The notes beneath the pieces are model-generated. The model was not told the origin of the DNA and did no database searches. It worked only from the letters and a program-made list of their open reading frames with translations. Below are positions 12,516-26,038 of a DNA stretch of 64,000 nt, piece by piece. How positions within the stretch are numbered: position 1 is the stretch's first letter; each line of letters begins with the position of its first letter. This DNA is from Eremomyces bilateralis CBS 781.70 (lineage: Eukaryota). Where the stretch lies: assembly GCA_010015585.1 (NCBI GenBank), contig ML975152.1. The stretch is one strand, 5' to 3'. A program made the position numbers and the translations under genes.

Positions 12516-13284
12516 ATGATTCTCTTACGCCATCTTTGTCAAAACTCCGTCCAGAACGTGAACCGCTTGAAAGTCCCTATTATCCATAATCTTATAATCT
12601 CCCGCGCCCCCCATCGATCGATTTCCTGGTCATCAACCTCCATTCAACACCGCACCGTATTCAACCCGCCCTCTAAGCTCCAGCTCCCCCGCCACCGAAC
12701 AATGGCGTCAGCTACGAAGTTCTACGATTTCACTCCTTTGGACAGTACGTATCGATCACCACCGCTTCGGCATTCGGTTCACCCTGCAGCAGCTAACGGC
12801 CTCCGCAGACAAAGGCAAGCCCTTCGACTTCTCTCAGCTCCAGGGCAAAGTCGTCCTCGTCGTTAACACCGCGAGCAAATGTGGCTTCACCCCCCAATTC
12901 GAAGGCCTGGAGAAGCTCTATAAAGAAGTCGCCCAACCCAACGACTTCACCATCCTCGGCTTCCCCTGCAACCAGTTCGGCGGCCAAGACCCGGGCTCCA
13001 ACGATGAGATCCAGGATTTCTGCCGCGTGAACTACGGCGTCACCTTCCCCGTCCTCGGCAAGGTCGATGTGAACGGCGACGCCGCCGCCCCGCTGTATCA
13101 GTGGCTCAAGGCGGAGAAGCCGGGCTTGATGGGGATGAAGCGCATCAAGTGGAACTTTGAGAAGTTTTTGGTCGGCCGCGATGGGCAGGTTAAGCAGCGG
13201 TGGGCGAGCACGACCGGGCCGCCCGCGTTGAAGGCGGCGATCGAGGAGGAGTTGAAGAAGCCGGCGCCGGTGCACAATTCGTAG
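12516..13284 (+). CDS. hyr1: Cys-type glutathione/thioredoxin peroxidase (Hyr1/Gpx3-like); intron 12745-12808; second in-frame ATG at 12702
   Basis: Motifs VVNTASKCGFTPQ, LGFPCNQFGGQDPG and IKWNFEKFLV. The catalytic codon is TGT (Cys), not TGA. Confidence 0.92.
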
Positions 13285-13882
13285 GAGTCCAATGCGATGG
13301 AATGCGGTGTCAATGGACGGCGAACGACGTTTGATGAGGGAAATTGGACTACCGACTGCGTCGTTCATATCTCCTTACTTCTATCAATATCCCTCCCCGC
13401 TTAGAATGAATGAACGATGATGGTTGATTGATGTATTTCAGTGAGCAATCACTACTGTTGTGGATATATTGCCATCTCATCGAAGCTCTCCTCCGGTTCA
13501 GCCTGCATAAATATAACCCGATCTTGTCGGTCTCTAGAATGCAGGTAGTTTAATAGACGTATTTCTTAAACTGATGGGATGATTGGACTGTCCAAACTCC
13601 AAAAGGTGCGATACTTCAGCAAACTGCCTGCAATGACGGCCCATGCAATTTTTCGATTCCATTTTGGCCGAGCCCCACCCCCACCAGAATACCCTGACGG
13701 CGTGAGTGACGAGTCCCGCAGCCAGCGTTTCTTCGCATCGCATGCCTCCGAAAATTTCCATTCGACCAAAGAATTTCGCGACTCTGATCCAACCCAAGAC
13801 CCAATTGCAATTCTCCCACACTCCTCGACTGCTCCCCACTCTCCGACCGCACATCCGAACGTTTCTGTCGCCGACTTCCACA

Positions 13883-14997
<1,115 letters not shown>

Positions 14998-15586
14998 AAT
15001 GGCCGGCCGATGCTTGCGCCGAGGATACTCGGATTATTGCTAAACGTTGTCATATATACGGCGGGTATGATTAGCGGCGGAACTTGATTGACTTTGTACC
15101 TTGTTGAAAAGTCTCGATGGAAGAACCTATAGTTTCTCTGGTTGAGGGTAGTTCACGGATATGATACACGGAAATCAGGCTCATAAGGTTGTAGAGAAGG
15201 CAACAATTTACATTCACACCGCGACCAAAGTAGGGAGTATTTGATTATTGATGCCATTTAAAACAGCGCTGGCGGGTGGAACCAGAAGTTCAGGCATGGG
15301 CAGGCAGGGGACAGCTGTGGCCATCCAGATTCCCAGAAGCCAGACTGCCAGAACTAAGTAGGAAGGCACAAGCCACATATCGGACCTGAAAGCCACACCT
15401 GCACTTCGCCCTCAAATGCGACCTGGACATATAGACCTTGATGACACCTTGATTCTGGAACATTTTGCCCAACAAACCAGATTTTAAACTCTGCCGCCTG
15501 TATTGCGATTCGGTAGTCCTGTCCATTTTAAATTGCCTATCCTAGTATCATCCGATTGCCTTGCAGCGCGCAGGATATCGCACAGA

Positions 15587-16656
15587 ATGGATCCCTTCTC
15601 TGCGGACGGAGGTTCGACGGCCCAGCCCATCAAGACAATCGAGACATGTTCAGTCTAACATCCTTCAGAACTCACGACACTCCATACGTATTTCCACCAG
15701 TGCCTCTACCCCGCGGTTCTCTCCTATGACCTCAGCCCGCTATCGGACTCCAACAAACTCCCTGCCACCATCCTCCAACTGCGCGCACACCTCGCTCTCA
15801 ACCAATACTCAGAAGCCCTCTCCGTCTGCGCTTCGAACAAGGGAAAGGTGGACTTCGACGCCGTAGCGATATGCGCACGGTACATGCAAGCGAAGGACCG
15901 CGGCGATGGTAGCAGCGTTACGAAAGCTAGCGAGGAGGCCAGCGCACTCGCAACGAAGGAAGGGGACAATGCCACGGTCCAGATATTGTGCGGAACTGTC
16001 CTAGCAGGCACCGAGAATGAGGATGAAGCCTTGGAATTGCTGAGCAGACATCAAGGAAGCTTGGATGCGTAGGTCTCACCCGTGGCGGGGTGATGAGTGG
16101 AGAGGTCTACTGACACTCGGTATTTCAGAGTTGCCTTAATCATACAGATTCATCTACAGCAGAATCGACTTGATCTTGCGAAGAAGGAAGCCCAGAGCGC
16201 AAGGAAGTGGGCCCAGGACAACCTGCTGGTCAACATCGCCGAGTCATGGGTCGCGATGCGAGAGGTAAGTGACCCAGACGCTCTACAAGGACTAAAGTAA
16301 CCTGTACATTACAGGGCGGCGAGCAATACCAATCCGCCTACTATGTTTTCGAAGAGCTCGCTCAAGCTCCCGCAACCCAATCGGTCAAGTCATTGCTCAG
16401 CCAGGCCATCTCCGAAATGCATCTCGGTCGCCTCGAGGAGTCAGAGGCCGCCCTGAAGCAAGCGGCCGAGCTCGAGCCGGAAAATGAGCTCGTGAAGGCG
16501 AACCAGTTGGTGCTTCTCACGCTGGCGGGGAAGCGGGACGAAGCCGCCAAGGCGAAGCCGGAGCTTGAGAAGTCGGGGTTTGCTCAGGATTTGGCTGAGA
16601 AGAAGAAGGAGTTCCAAGCGGCATGTGAGAGGTATCAGCCGAAGTTCGCGGCATGA
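15587..16656 (+). CDS. sec28: Coatomer subunit epsilon (epsilon-COP/Sec28); 4 exons
   Basis: Starts MDPFSADG|ELTTLH. Contains VALIIQIHLQQNRLDLAKKE, WAQDNLLVNIAESWV and GGEQYQSAYYVFEELAQ, and ends YQPKFAA. Confidence 0.9.
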
Positions 16657-16928
16657 GGGCACCTTCGAGATGGGGCTTCGTGAGCTACCTCGAAAAAGGA
16701 GGCCGTGCCTTGCTCCCGGCGTACGGATAGATAGAATACATGCGAGTTCTTGTCATTAGACATCATGTGATGTATGCGTCACGAGGTTAAGTAAGTCGGG
16801 ACGAGAATGCATCAATAGGGCAATATCGGTGAGATGAGAGTATCTCACGATAATATGACCTCAGATTGATATCGGATACAATATAGTAGCCGGGAAGAAA
16901 ACGAGAATTAAAAAAGAAAAGAAAAGAA

Positions 16929-17049
16929 TAAGACGCAGAGGAGTTGAACCTCCATCCATAGACCGTTACCTCCCGGCTTCAGACAACACGTTACTGCCTC
17001 CAGGATAAACGCCTTCGTGCTATGATCTGACCACCTTGGCTCTCCCTTG
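16929..17049 (-). ncRNA. tRNA-like Pol III element (degenerate tRNA or tRNA-derived ncRNA)
   Basis: The minus strand has an A-box-like AGCCAAGGTGG, a T-arm/B-box hairpin GGAGG-TTCAACT-CCTCT and a downstream oligo-T tract (about 16910-16925). I could not draw a full canonical cloverleaf. Confidence 0.5.
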
Positions 17050-17348
17050 ATAATAGATCAGCTTAACTGATTTATATGTACTACCAAGCCTCCCTGAAGG
17101 CTAGAAAGCCCGTGTATGCTACGAATGCTCGAAGATTCATGTAGATCATACTGCCTGTGTGGATCCAAAGGAACCTCAGCCAGCTTTAAATTGAACGCTA
17201 ACATAACTTCTATGACGCCGCCGTCCTTCAAAATCCTCGATAGACTATGGCGAGATTACATCTGTTGCACGGGGGTATCATTTCAAATACAATATCTCCC
17301 AATGAACGCCGCATATGCATACCGAATTCCATGCCCACCCGTTTTGCC

Positions 17349-18198
17349 CTAAATCCGGATCTTCGGCAAGACAAACACCACAACCAAAAGGGCCACCCAT
17401 AGCCCTCCTATCCACAAATACAGCATCAGCCTTCCCCATAGACCCTGCTCTTCACTGAGCCTCTTCACCAACCCCATCTGCTTCTCGAGCCCACTGGTAC
17501 TCTTGTCCATCGCCTGCCCCGCCAGATCCACCGTCCCTTTATCCTCTGAAATCGTCACTGCCAGCGACGACGCCTGCGTGCGGAGGGCTTGCGCCGTGGA
17601 GAGCAGCGATTCGGTCAGGTCGGATTGCAGGGAGCGATGGTGGGTGAGAACCTGGTCTTTCGATGCGTCGGCGTCTGCTGAGCCCGAAGTGCCGAGATTC
17701 GATGGCCCGGATCGTCCCTCGAAAAGTGCGTTAGACGTAGATGTGCCTTCCGGGTCCTGTTGTCCCGGCTTTCGTGAACGGAGGTTGGAGTCGGATGTGT
17801 CGGGCGGCACGGTGGGGGCTGCCTGCTCCTGCTCTGGTTCCGAGTCGACGGCATCATCGTCATCCCAGGACGTGTCCTGTGACTCCAGCTCTTTTAATCT
17901 CTGCGCAAGGCGTTTGATCAGTTCGCGTTGAGCTCGTAGGGTTGCTTGGTTGGCATGACGAGCGCCTGGCTTCGACGGCGAGGACTGTTCCAGGTTCCGC
18001 AGCAGACTCCGTGCATAGTCCAAGTTCTGATCACACATCATTAGCACCGGATGATTGGCTTGCCACGCGTCCTGCTCATACTGCAGTTGTTTTATTTCGC
18101 TGGAACTTGTTCGATCGCAATGGCGTATCGGGGTCAAGGATGGTCTGCTCCAAGCTGGCTAGCAGTCGCTTGAGAGTGATTGCATCTTGATCGGGCAT
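17349..18198 (-). CDS. use1: Use1-like ER Qc-SNARE; exons 18198-18082 and 18026-17349
   Basis: MPDQDAITLKRLLASLE...KTTA|NLDYARSLL joined through a GTATGA..GCTAAT..CAG intron. SNARE helix HHRSLQSDLTESLLSTAQALR and a C-terminal TM segment ending VFVLPKIRI. Confidence 0.8.
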
Positions 18199-18429
18199 TT
18201 CTCGGTCTGAAGCTGTCCGACCCATCGAGATACCCTCTGGGATTTGGGGATTTCAGGGATTTAATTGCTTTGTGGTGGCCATAACGGTATCAAATATCTA
18301 TCTATCGTTGCGATATTAGTGGGATGTTGTCCTGTACATCTGGTAGCTCACTACCGCAACAGCTGATTGGCTAAGGATGGCAGGAACCAGATAATGTCCA
18401 AGTCACGTGATATGTCCAGTCAATGATTT

Positions 18430-18794
18430 CAGGCTGGCTAATCGAGCAAGGCCTCGTTAAGCGCCTCGCCTCGCTCGCCTCGTTCCTTGATCAAGGCGTC
18501 GCTATTTCGCTGTATCACGTGTTGCTAGACCCGTTTAGTCGCATGCTACCAGTCTTTCATCGTCGTAGTCCGTATTTTCTGGATCTGACCCAGATTCTAT
18601 AGGATTCAATGACCTTAGCCACCGTGGTATTGGTCACTATATAGTATACAGGACTACGGATGGTATATTTAACCATGGTTCGCGCAGGCCTCGCGAGGCG
18701 GATTAGTATGTAATTGAGTCGAGGCGAGGCGAGGCGCTTAGTCATCCCTCGCGACGCCTCGCGACGCCTCGCGACGCCTCGATTAGCCAGCCTG
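18430..18794. mobile_element. Non-autonomous hAT-type MITE, 365 bp
   Basis: Perfect 17-bp TIRs CAGGCTGGCTAATCGAG at 18430-18446 and 18778-18794. 8-bp TSD AATGATTT at 18422-18429 and 18795-18802. Subterminal GCCTCG repeats and no transposase ORF. Confidence 0.92.
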
Positions 18795-21421
18795 AATGAT
18801 TTACGCCTCTGACCACGTGAGATCCCTCAGGCCAGTCCAAACGTAGCAATATTGAGGTGCAATTCACAGCTTTCTTATTCTTTCTTGCACGCCTTAAGTT
18901 TTTCAAATTCTTATTATCTAGCCGGTGCTTGCTAGTGCCAAGTGGAATGAGTATGGCACCTCGCAAGCTTAGAGGAACTGGGAGAAACGTTGCCCTTCTC
19001 ACTTTTCCCACCCGTACTGAGGTCCTACATACTGTAATCCAGTCGCGACCAGAATCGGTTTCCGGTTTGCACTCTGAATCACAGGTTAGCAAGACGGTGA
19101 ATCATGGCGGTGCGAGTTCGGATAGCAAGGATGAACCTGTAACAGTGCAAAGCTCACTTTATTTGCGGTTCAAGGCTAGGGTACGGAGAAGAGGTTCATA
19201 GTATAAAGTTATTAATTACAGTCTGCCTCCCTAATCAGTACAGTATGTATAGTCTTCGGTGAGTGAGGTTCTACGAAGTGAAGAATAATCACATGATTCA
19301 GCACGCAGAATTATCTAAGGTAGTAACGATCTGAGCTAAGAAAATGATTTGATTATGTTACGTAGACGCTAGTAATGAATACACATATACCCTTGTAATG
19401 TACTAGAACGGAGTAGGAAACCCCCTTGTCATATGGACCGTGCAGTGAGAACAAAAGTGCAAGCCGGAAACCGATTCTGCTCGCGACTGTACTCTATACT
19501 CTCAATGCCTTTCCCCGTCGTGCCCGTCTTCTTGGAGTCAGCCATGAGCCAGGTCGCAGTTGATGCTGTCAACCTTGTTTTGAGTTTTGACCGGACTTTT
19601 CCTGTTTTCCCCCCATCATTGGATCATTGGGTTAGCTTCCGGCAAGTTGGGCATCAACTCCTAACAGCGGGAGCCCAAGATTGAGATTCGCGACGTGCAC
19701 CACCGCAAATGGCTTCGGCGCTAGATGCAACGCCTTGTCGGGTGGGCGGATTGGTCCGGACCGCTTCGACAGCTCGATAAAGTCTCCACGTCATTCGTCG
19801 GGATGGCTACGTGCGTGCAGCGTGACAGATAATATGAATGTGTTTTGTGACAATGCAACGGCGCGTGCATAAGGGCATCCAATATCAAGGCCTGTCCTGC
19901 GGCTGTCCAGCACCCTCCCGGTTCTCTATCCACTCAAGGGGCTTCCGTTGCGACACAGCCAACATAAGCGGCACTGAGACACCAGCAATGTCGAGATCAG
20001 ATTGCCAATCATCCTTCGTGCGGCCATGCATTCTGCAGGCGGCCGGCCTTGTCCATGGACCTAGGCCATCATGCGAATTGCCAACGCATCAAAAGGCGGC
20101 GCACTGCCCTCGGCCGTATCTGCTCTTTTCCCCCCTCTTCAATCCATCCGCCCCGTCGACCTTGGTCTTCATTTATCCATCTTTTTGATCTTCAAGCCAG
20201 CATACCACGCAAGTTCTACCAGCAGACTCGCCACTTCTTGATTTCCTCACACAGTTCCCCTCAATTCCAACCGTTTTCAAGGACTTCTTTCAATTACAAT
20301 TACTGCCATCTGGATACGCGGACGATTCCCTGGAGATCCAAGAACCCCGCGCTTCAGGTCGTCACCAAGCGCTTCGAGTTCCCTCACAATGACCTTGCGA
20401 GCCAGCAAAGGAGGTCCCCATCTCAGGTACTGCCATTTTAAGGTTTTTCATCTTCCGAGTCTTTGCTTTCAAGTGCTTTTCTTATCTTTTCCGACTTGGC
20501 TTTACCGGCATCCGTTCCTCCGGTCTCCTTTCCTCCGGTCTCCTAGCTTCTTGGACCATCCACCGGATTCTTCTGCCAGCCGATTCGAGGTCAACCAAGA
20601 CCAAGCCAGGTCAGGCCGACCATAACAGGCGGATTTCTATCAATTGTTTCCGTCTCTTGCTGGATTTCCGTGGAGCTGGATCTAACTGCTTATATCATCC
20701 CTCCGGACATGGTTTCATCCGGCCGTTCGAGGATTGATACTTACAACTTACTTATGGATTACGGAACCATCCGTTCAATGGGTAAGCCCCTTCATGTATA
20801 CGAGAGACTCACGTAGAATTCCAAGCCTGGAGATAGCTGCGACTTTGTGGATCAATCCCGTTGGCAGACTTCCGTCGTATTGGACTTCCAGTAGGGACTG
20901 GCACTAGCGGGACGATTATCACAGTAGACATCACTGGCCAACGGAGTCGTGTCATGCCATTTGCTTTCATCGGCACGGCTTACACGATGGTCGTCGAGTT
21001 CAACGCCTGCTCGTTCGACTGGAGACAATGAGAACTGCCTGGAAGCCATTTCAAGGATACCGCTGGAATACGGAAGGCTCCGTTGAGCCGTAGAAATGTT
21101 TGGATTTGGAGAGGAACCCCCCTGACAATGAGTACGTGGGTTGAACACCCCTTTTCTCTGATCATGAATAATAGAGAGATGGTGGTCGATGCTAACTTGT
21201 AGTTCGTTTAGCTCTGATATGCACCGACATGGACATCCTAACACCTTGGACTTTCTGCGTTTTGATTTTCCATGCCGGAGGAACCCTAAATCTGTTTTGC
21301 ATCATGGCCGCTTTTCCCTGGACACCTATCCTACTGGCTCACTCTTCTCCCCATTATCTACGCCGCGAACTGTGAGGATTGATTCTATGATACCCTGAAC
21401 CTAGGAACCGCCGAGCTTGCC

Positions 21422-23422
21422 GTGGACGAGTTGTGCATTTTTATATTTCGCCTTTTCATCACTGTCGGAGTCTACCAATCTATCGCATTCCAACTTATCC
21501 CCGTCGCTCCCATACTAACATGCTTCGAATCAGCGAAGCTATTGAAGGTCCTGGTCATTTTCCCTGTCTTAAACCCGAGGATATTGCCAAGTGGACTCAA
21601 ACCGTATCTGGACCTGATATTTCTGATTTCATCTATTGTGGACCGGAAGAATTCCTCCAGGATATGCCTGATTCAAAGGACGATGGGTTCTCTATTGGTT
21701 CCAGCGCGCCTGACAGTGCGTATATGAGTCAGTCTGACACAGGACATGCTCAGCCGAGTTCGGGAAGCTTTTACCAGGGGCCCTCACAATATCTTCGTCG
21801 CCACGCCATCGATACTCATCAGAGGAGCACCTTATCACCAGGATTATTCTCGGATGCTTCAGCTCATTACCCTTCATTTGCTATCGGCCAACAATTTCCT
21901 CCTTCTTCTCATGCATCTGAATTGGATGACGACTCAACCCACATCTTATTCCCATCGCCTATCGAGGGTCGCTTTATTCCTTCTCATGATCAGCTTGACA
22001 CCCAGTCCGGATGGGACCAAGCCTCCTGGACGGTTCAAGGATCCGGACAACCACCGCGGACCGAGGCGTTTGAGGAGCGAGGAACTGAGCACAGTTTCAT
22101 TGACACTCAATTCCCCCAACCGATGCAGTACAGTCTTTCTTCTCAATCTACCCAGAGGTTCGAGATCTCGGAGGATACCACCAGCATGCATGGACTTTTG
22201 AACCGGACCGGGATGTCCGGAGTGCCGACTCCGACAAGCTCATTAGTATCCACGGATTATTCGAAGAACTTACCAAGACTTACAAATGATCCACAGGACG
22301 CAATCATGTATGTGTATAACCCTGCCCATCATATTAATACCGAGCGCTAATCAATCAAAGTTTTGGTCCGAACATTGCCTTGCATTTCACTGGACCAGGG
22401 TCTACCGGAGGCTCTCCCGAGGATTCTGGAGATATCGATGTTCAAGAGGACGTACAGTCCTCTTCCGCTGGAGGGAAAACAACAGGGAGTTCAAGTCGAT
22501 CCGGAGAAGAAGGTTCTAGGAGCGATCCACTTTACAAAGCTCTCCCTGGCCCCAATGGACAGTACCGTTGCCCATTCGCAGAGGATGGTACCGACTGCGG
22601 ACACAAGGAGACGAAGTTGAAGTGCAACTACGAGTAGGTTCATCTCCCAAATATGCGAAAGTCCATGGTCTGACCCGATAACCTAGTAAATACATCGACT
22701 CTCATCTCAAACCTTTCCGGTGCCGAGGGCCAGATTGTGGTCACCATCAGTTTTCTAGCACCGCCTGCTTGCTCCGGCATGAACGCGAAATGCATGGAAT
22801 GCACGGCCATGGTTCACGGCCACATTTGTGCTTGTATGAGGGCTGCGAGCGATCGGTGTCAGGCAATGGGTTCCCACGACGGTATAACCTGCTTGATCAT
22901 ATGCGTCGCGTCCATGACTATGTCGCTGGGGCGGTGGATTTTCCCAGAGACGATGCTATACCCGAGAGGAAGAGTCGCAAGCGAAAGGCTGCCGAAGGGA
23001 GCTCGCCAGTCGAGAAGAGCGCACGCCCGAAAACTCCAGTGAGCTCGACATCCAGCCGTCATCCGTCAAACCTGGCCGTCCCGCATACCTCTGCTCAGCG
23101 ATCTGCAGCTCCTCAACCAACTGTGGCAGCTTCACGCCTAGGATCAGCACAGCGTCATATCTCTCAAGGGGGCATCCAACCGCAAGCATCGCCCAATTTC
23201 CAGCAGCAGATGCTTACTTCCACCTTCCAACACCGGCAGCGACAGCCTGCTTATGCTGCTCAGGGCAGTTCGGCAGATTTCAAATCGTCGGTGGCGTCGT
23301 TGATGTCGCAACTCGCGAGCATCAAGGGGCCACTGGATGACGACGGACTGCAGGAAGTGTCCCTGGAATATGCAAAAATGTGGGCGATCGTCAAGGATGC
23401 GAAGAATATGAGGAGAGCATGA
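21422..23422 (+). CDS. C2H2 zinc-finger transcription factor; introns 22308-22360 and 22634-22686; 5' end uncertain
   Basis: Finger region YRCPF..CGHKETKLKCNYDKYIDSHLKPFRCRGPDCGHHQFSSTACLLRHEREMH..PHLCLYEGCERS..FPRRYNLLDHMRRVH. The start is either the GTG at 21422 (with intron 21433-21533) or the ATG at 21664. Confidence 0.85.
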
Positions 23423-24160
23423 ATGTTTCCATGATGATTAACGACCACTTCTTTACGGCCGATTTCCTAACCTGATGATTTCATTTGATGTTCTTTCTGT
23501 ATTCGGTATACTAGAAAGAGGGAATATGGTTCTTTCACGCCATGTTACTCCACTATCTAGTGGTGGATTTCTTAGGTAGTTATTATGTATCGCTGGGTTC
23601 AGCTGGCCAGGTTGCTTCTTCGGCGTTTGAGAAGTCTCCCTGTGCCAACAGTATGTCCGCCTAGGTTTACAACTGTCTTGGCCTCATGACTTGGCTAGTC
23701 ATAATTGGGGACGTGGACGAGACATAGATACCCTGGCATTTCTTATTGTCATGGAGTTTCATGACAAGGCGTATTAAAAGCTGGGTGGCATGGACATCGA
23801 TTGGGAGATACATTACCTTAGCAGATCCACCGAATAAGGAATTGAAAGTCTTTCGGACATTATGACATAGTTAACTGTTGCCGGTTGTATTGAACTTGCA
23901 TTGCAACCGGCGTCTCCTGATTTGGCACCGTCTAACGATCGTTTCTACATGGTAGGATGAGACATAATCAGAGCTAACGATGTTGGATGCTGACGTAGCT
24001 CCTCTTTTCGTATCACTACAAAACCCACGTCCTTCTCTCACCTTACCATCAATTCATAGTAGGTCGCCACGCCTAAAGGCCAGCGAGCAACTCTGGTTCG
24101 GATCGCGGATGTGGTGAAATCGGGTATCTATTACAATTTTGCAACCCTCTCCCTCTTCTA

Positions 24161-26038
24161 TCATGCTCTGCCCACCTTGAACGACAATATCTGAGTCTAT
24201 GTCAGTCCGGTACGATTCAATGCATGGAAGTAACCTTACATCATTCTTTCCCTTCTCGACGACATCATCCTCAGACACCCGCACGCCGCCCACCGTCTCC
24301 ACGAACGCGAGCGGGGCATCCCCCATTACCTTTCGGTATACGTCGCCGACTGTTGATCCCTTGCCGACCAATACGCAATCTCGGAACACGACCGAGCTAC
24401 CGGCGGCTCCCGAGCCGAAGGTATTCATATTTCGCACGGGATACACCGGCACCAAACCGAGTAATTCGCCCGCGCGCGACAGGACTTCGACCACCCCTGT
24501 GCTGCCGAAACGGTATAGTACGAGGTCTCGAAGGTTGTCGATTCGGCTAGGGTTCAGCGCATCGGATATTAGCCGAGAAAGACACAAGGAGCGACAGATA
24601 CAACGAGGAAAGAACGCAAAACCACGCGCAGGAACCCGGAGAAAGAGGTGGTCGTATGTATAGGAGGGATTTCTCACTTTTTGAGTTTGTCGTCCATCTC
24701 CTTCAACCCTCCGCCATCGGGGTCGCCAGCCTCTATTAGATCTTCCCTCGTATCCACAAACTCGCTTCCTTCCGTGTACCGGATGAAGCCTTGCTTTGCT
24801 AATCGGCGGAGGAACACCTCGCTGACGGCGGATGTGAGGACGAGGGTTTGTGGATCTTGCGCTTTGGCAATTTTGGCGATGTTCTGGGCAAGGTAAGCGG
24901 GTGCTCGTATTATTCGGCATCGTTTGTTGAAGGAAGCCCTCCACGGGGATACGTACCTTATCGGAATCGGGGTGGTCGATTTTATTCAAAGCGATAACAG
25001 TCGGGAATTTTTCATCGATGAAGGCATTGACGACTTGAGTGATAGTGTCGTCATCCCAGTCTTGTAAAGGAGTCTTCAAGTTTAGTCGATCCAGACATCG
25101 AGCGACTACCTTACTACTACTGCCATAGCCCGAGAATTGATTCTGTAATGTCTCGACTGCGGTTGCTTCTGTCCCATTTGTTAGCGGCAGGACATTCCTT
25201 TCGAAACGGATCATTGATTCCGTGATTATAAGAAATGAAACTTACTTACGGCGATATGTCTCCGTTTAATCGAACCCCTTCACCAAGTATTAGCGTATGA
25301 TCCCTTTGTCATTGTCGAAGCGACAATCCCGTACCATTTCTCCACCAGATTTCCCTTCACCCAGTGCACCATCTCACTCCGCAACCATTCAATATCTTTG
25401 CTCGGATCATACCCCCTCGTCTCCTTCCCCTCCTCATCCGTGGTGCCGCTCACGTCAACGACGTGCACCAGCGCGTCCGCATGCCGCAAGTCGTCCAAGA
25501 ACTTGTTTCCCAAGCCTCGACCCTGGTGCGCCCCCGGAACTAAGCCCGCGACGTCAAGCAGCTCGATGGGCACGGATCGTTTGCCGTCGACGCAGGAGCC
25601 GTAGTTGGGCTTGCAGCGCGAGGTGAGGTCGAAGCGCGCACAGGCGCAGGGGATATTGAGGTAGCCGACAGCACGTTGAGGGTCGATGGTAGTGAAGCTG
25701 GACGTCTGTAAGAATCGGCGGGAACGGCACCGCAAGGCGCATGGTTCTGAGGGAAGCGGAAAGGAGAGGAAGCAGCTCACGGAAAATTTCCTGGAGGTCT
25801 ATCAGCTACTTGTCATAGTATAGGACATATGCTCGACTCGAAGCAGATAAGATGGAAGTGCAGAATTCAAGTACTTGACAAATCTTACCAACTTTTGATG
25901 TTGCATCGGTCAAGCTATCAACTTGTCAATTGAATCACTATGACAATGATACTGTCCATCGTCAACGCACCTGTTCAGCGTCGTTGACTTGCCGGATGAC
26001 GGCTTGCCGACAAGGCCAATTAAAGGATCTCGCGGCAT
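24161..26038 (-). CDS. Obg/DRG-superfamily GTP-binding protein (yeast YGR210C-like), highly intron-rich
   Basis: G1 [13 protein letters not shown]2 GNFPFTT, G3 [20 protein letters not shown] and G4 LNKID. Ends ILSFKVGRA*. Confidence 0.9.

Noticed and set aside
12870..12890. Possible selenocysteine glutathione peroxidase paired with the tRNA-like element at about 16930-17049
   Set aside because: The catalytic codon is TGT (Cys), and the tRNA-like element shows no TCA anticodon loop or 9/4 Sec fold.
18742..19201. ORFs next to the MITE considered as a transposase remnant
   Set aside because: They lie mostly outside the TIR/TSD boundaries and show no BED finger, DDE or hAT dimerisation motifs.
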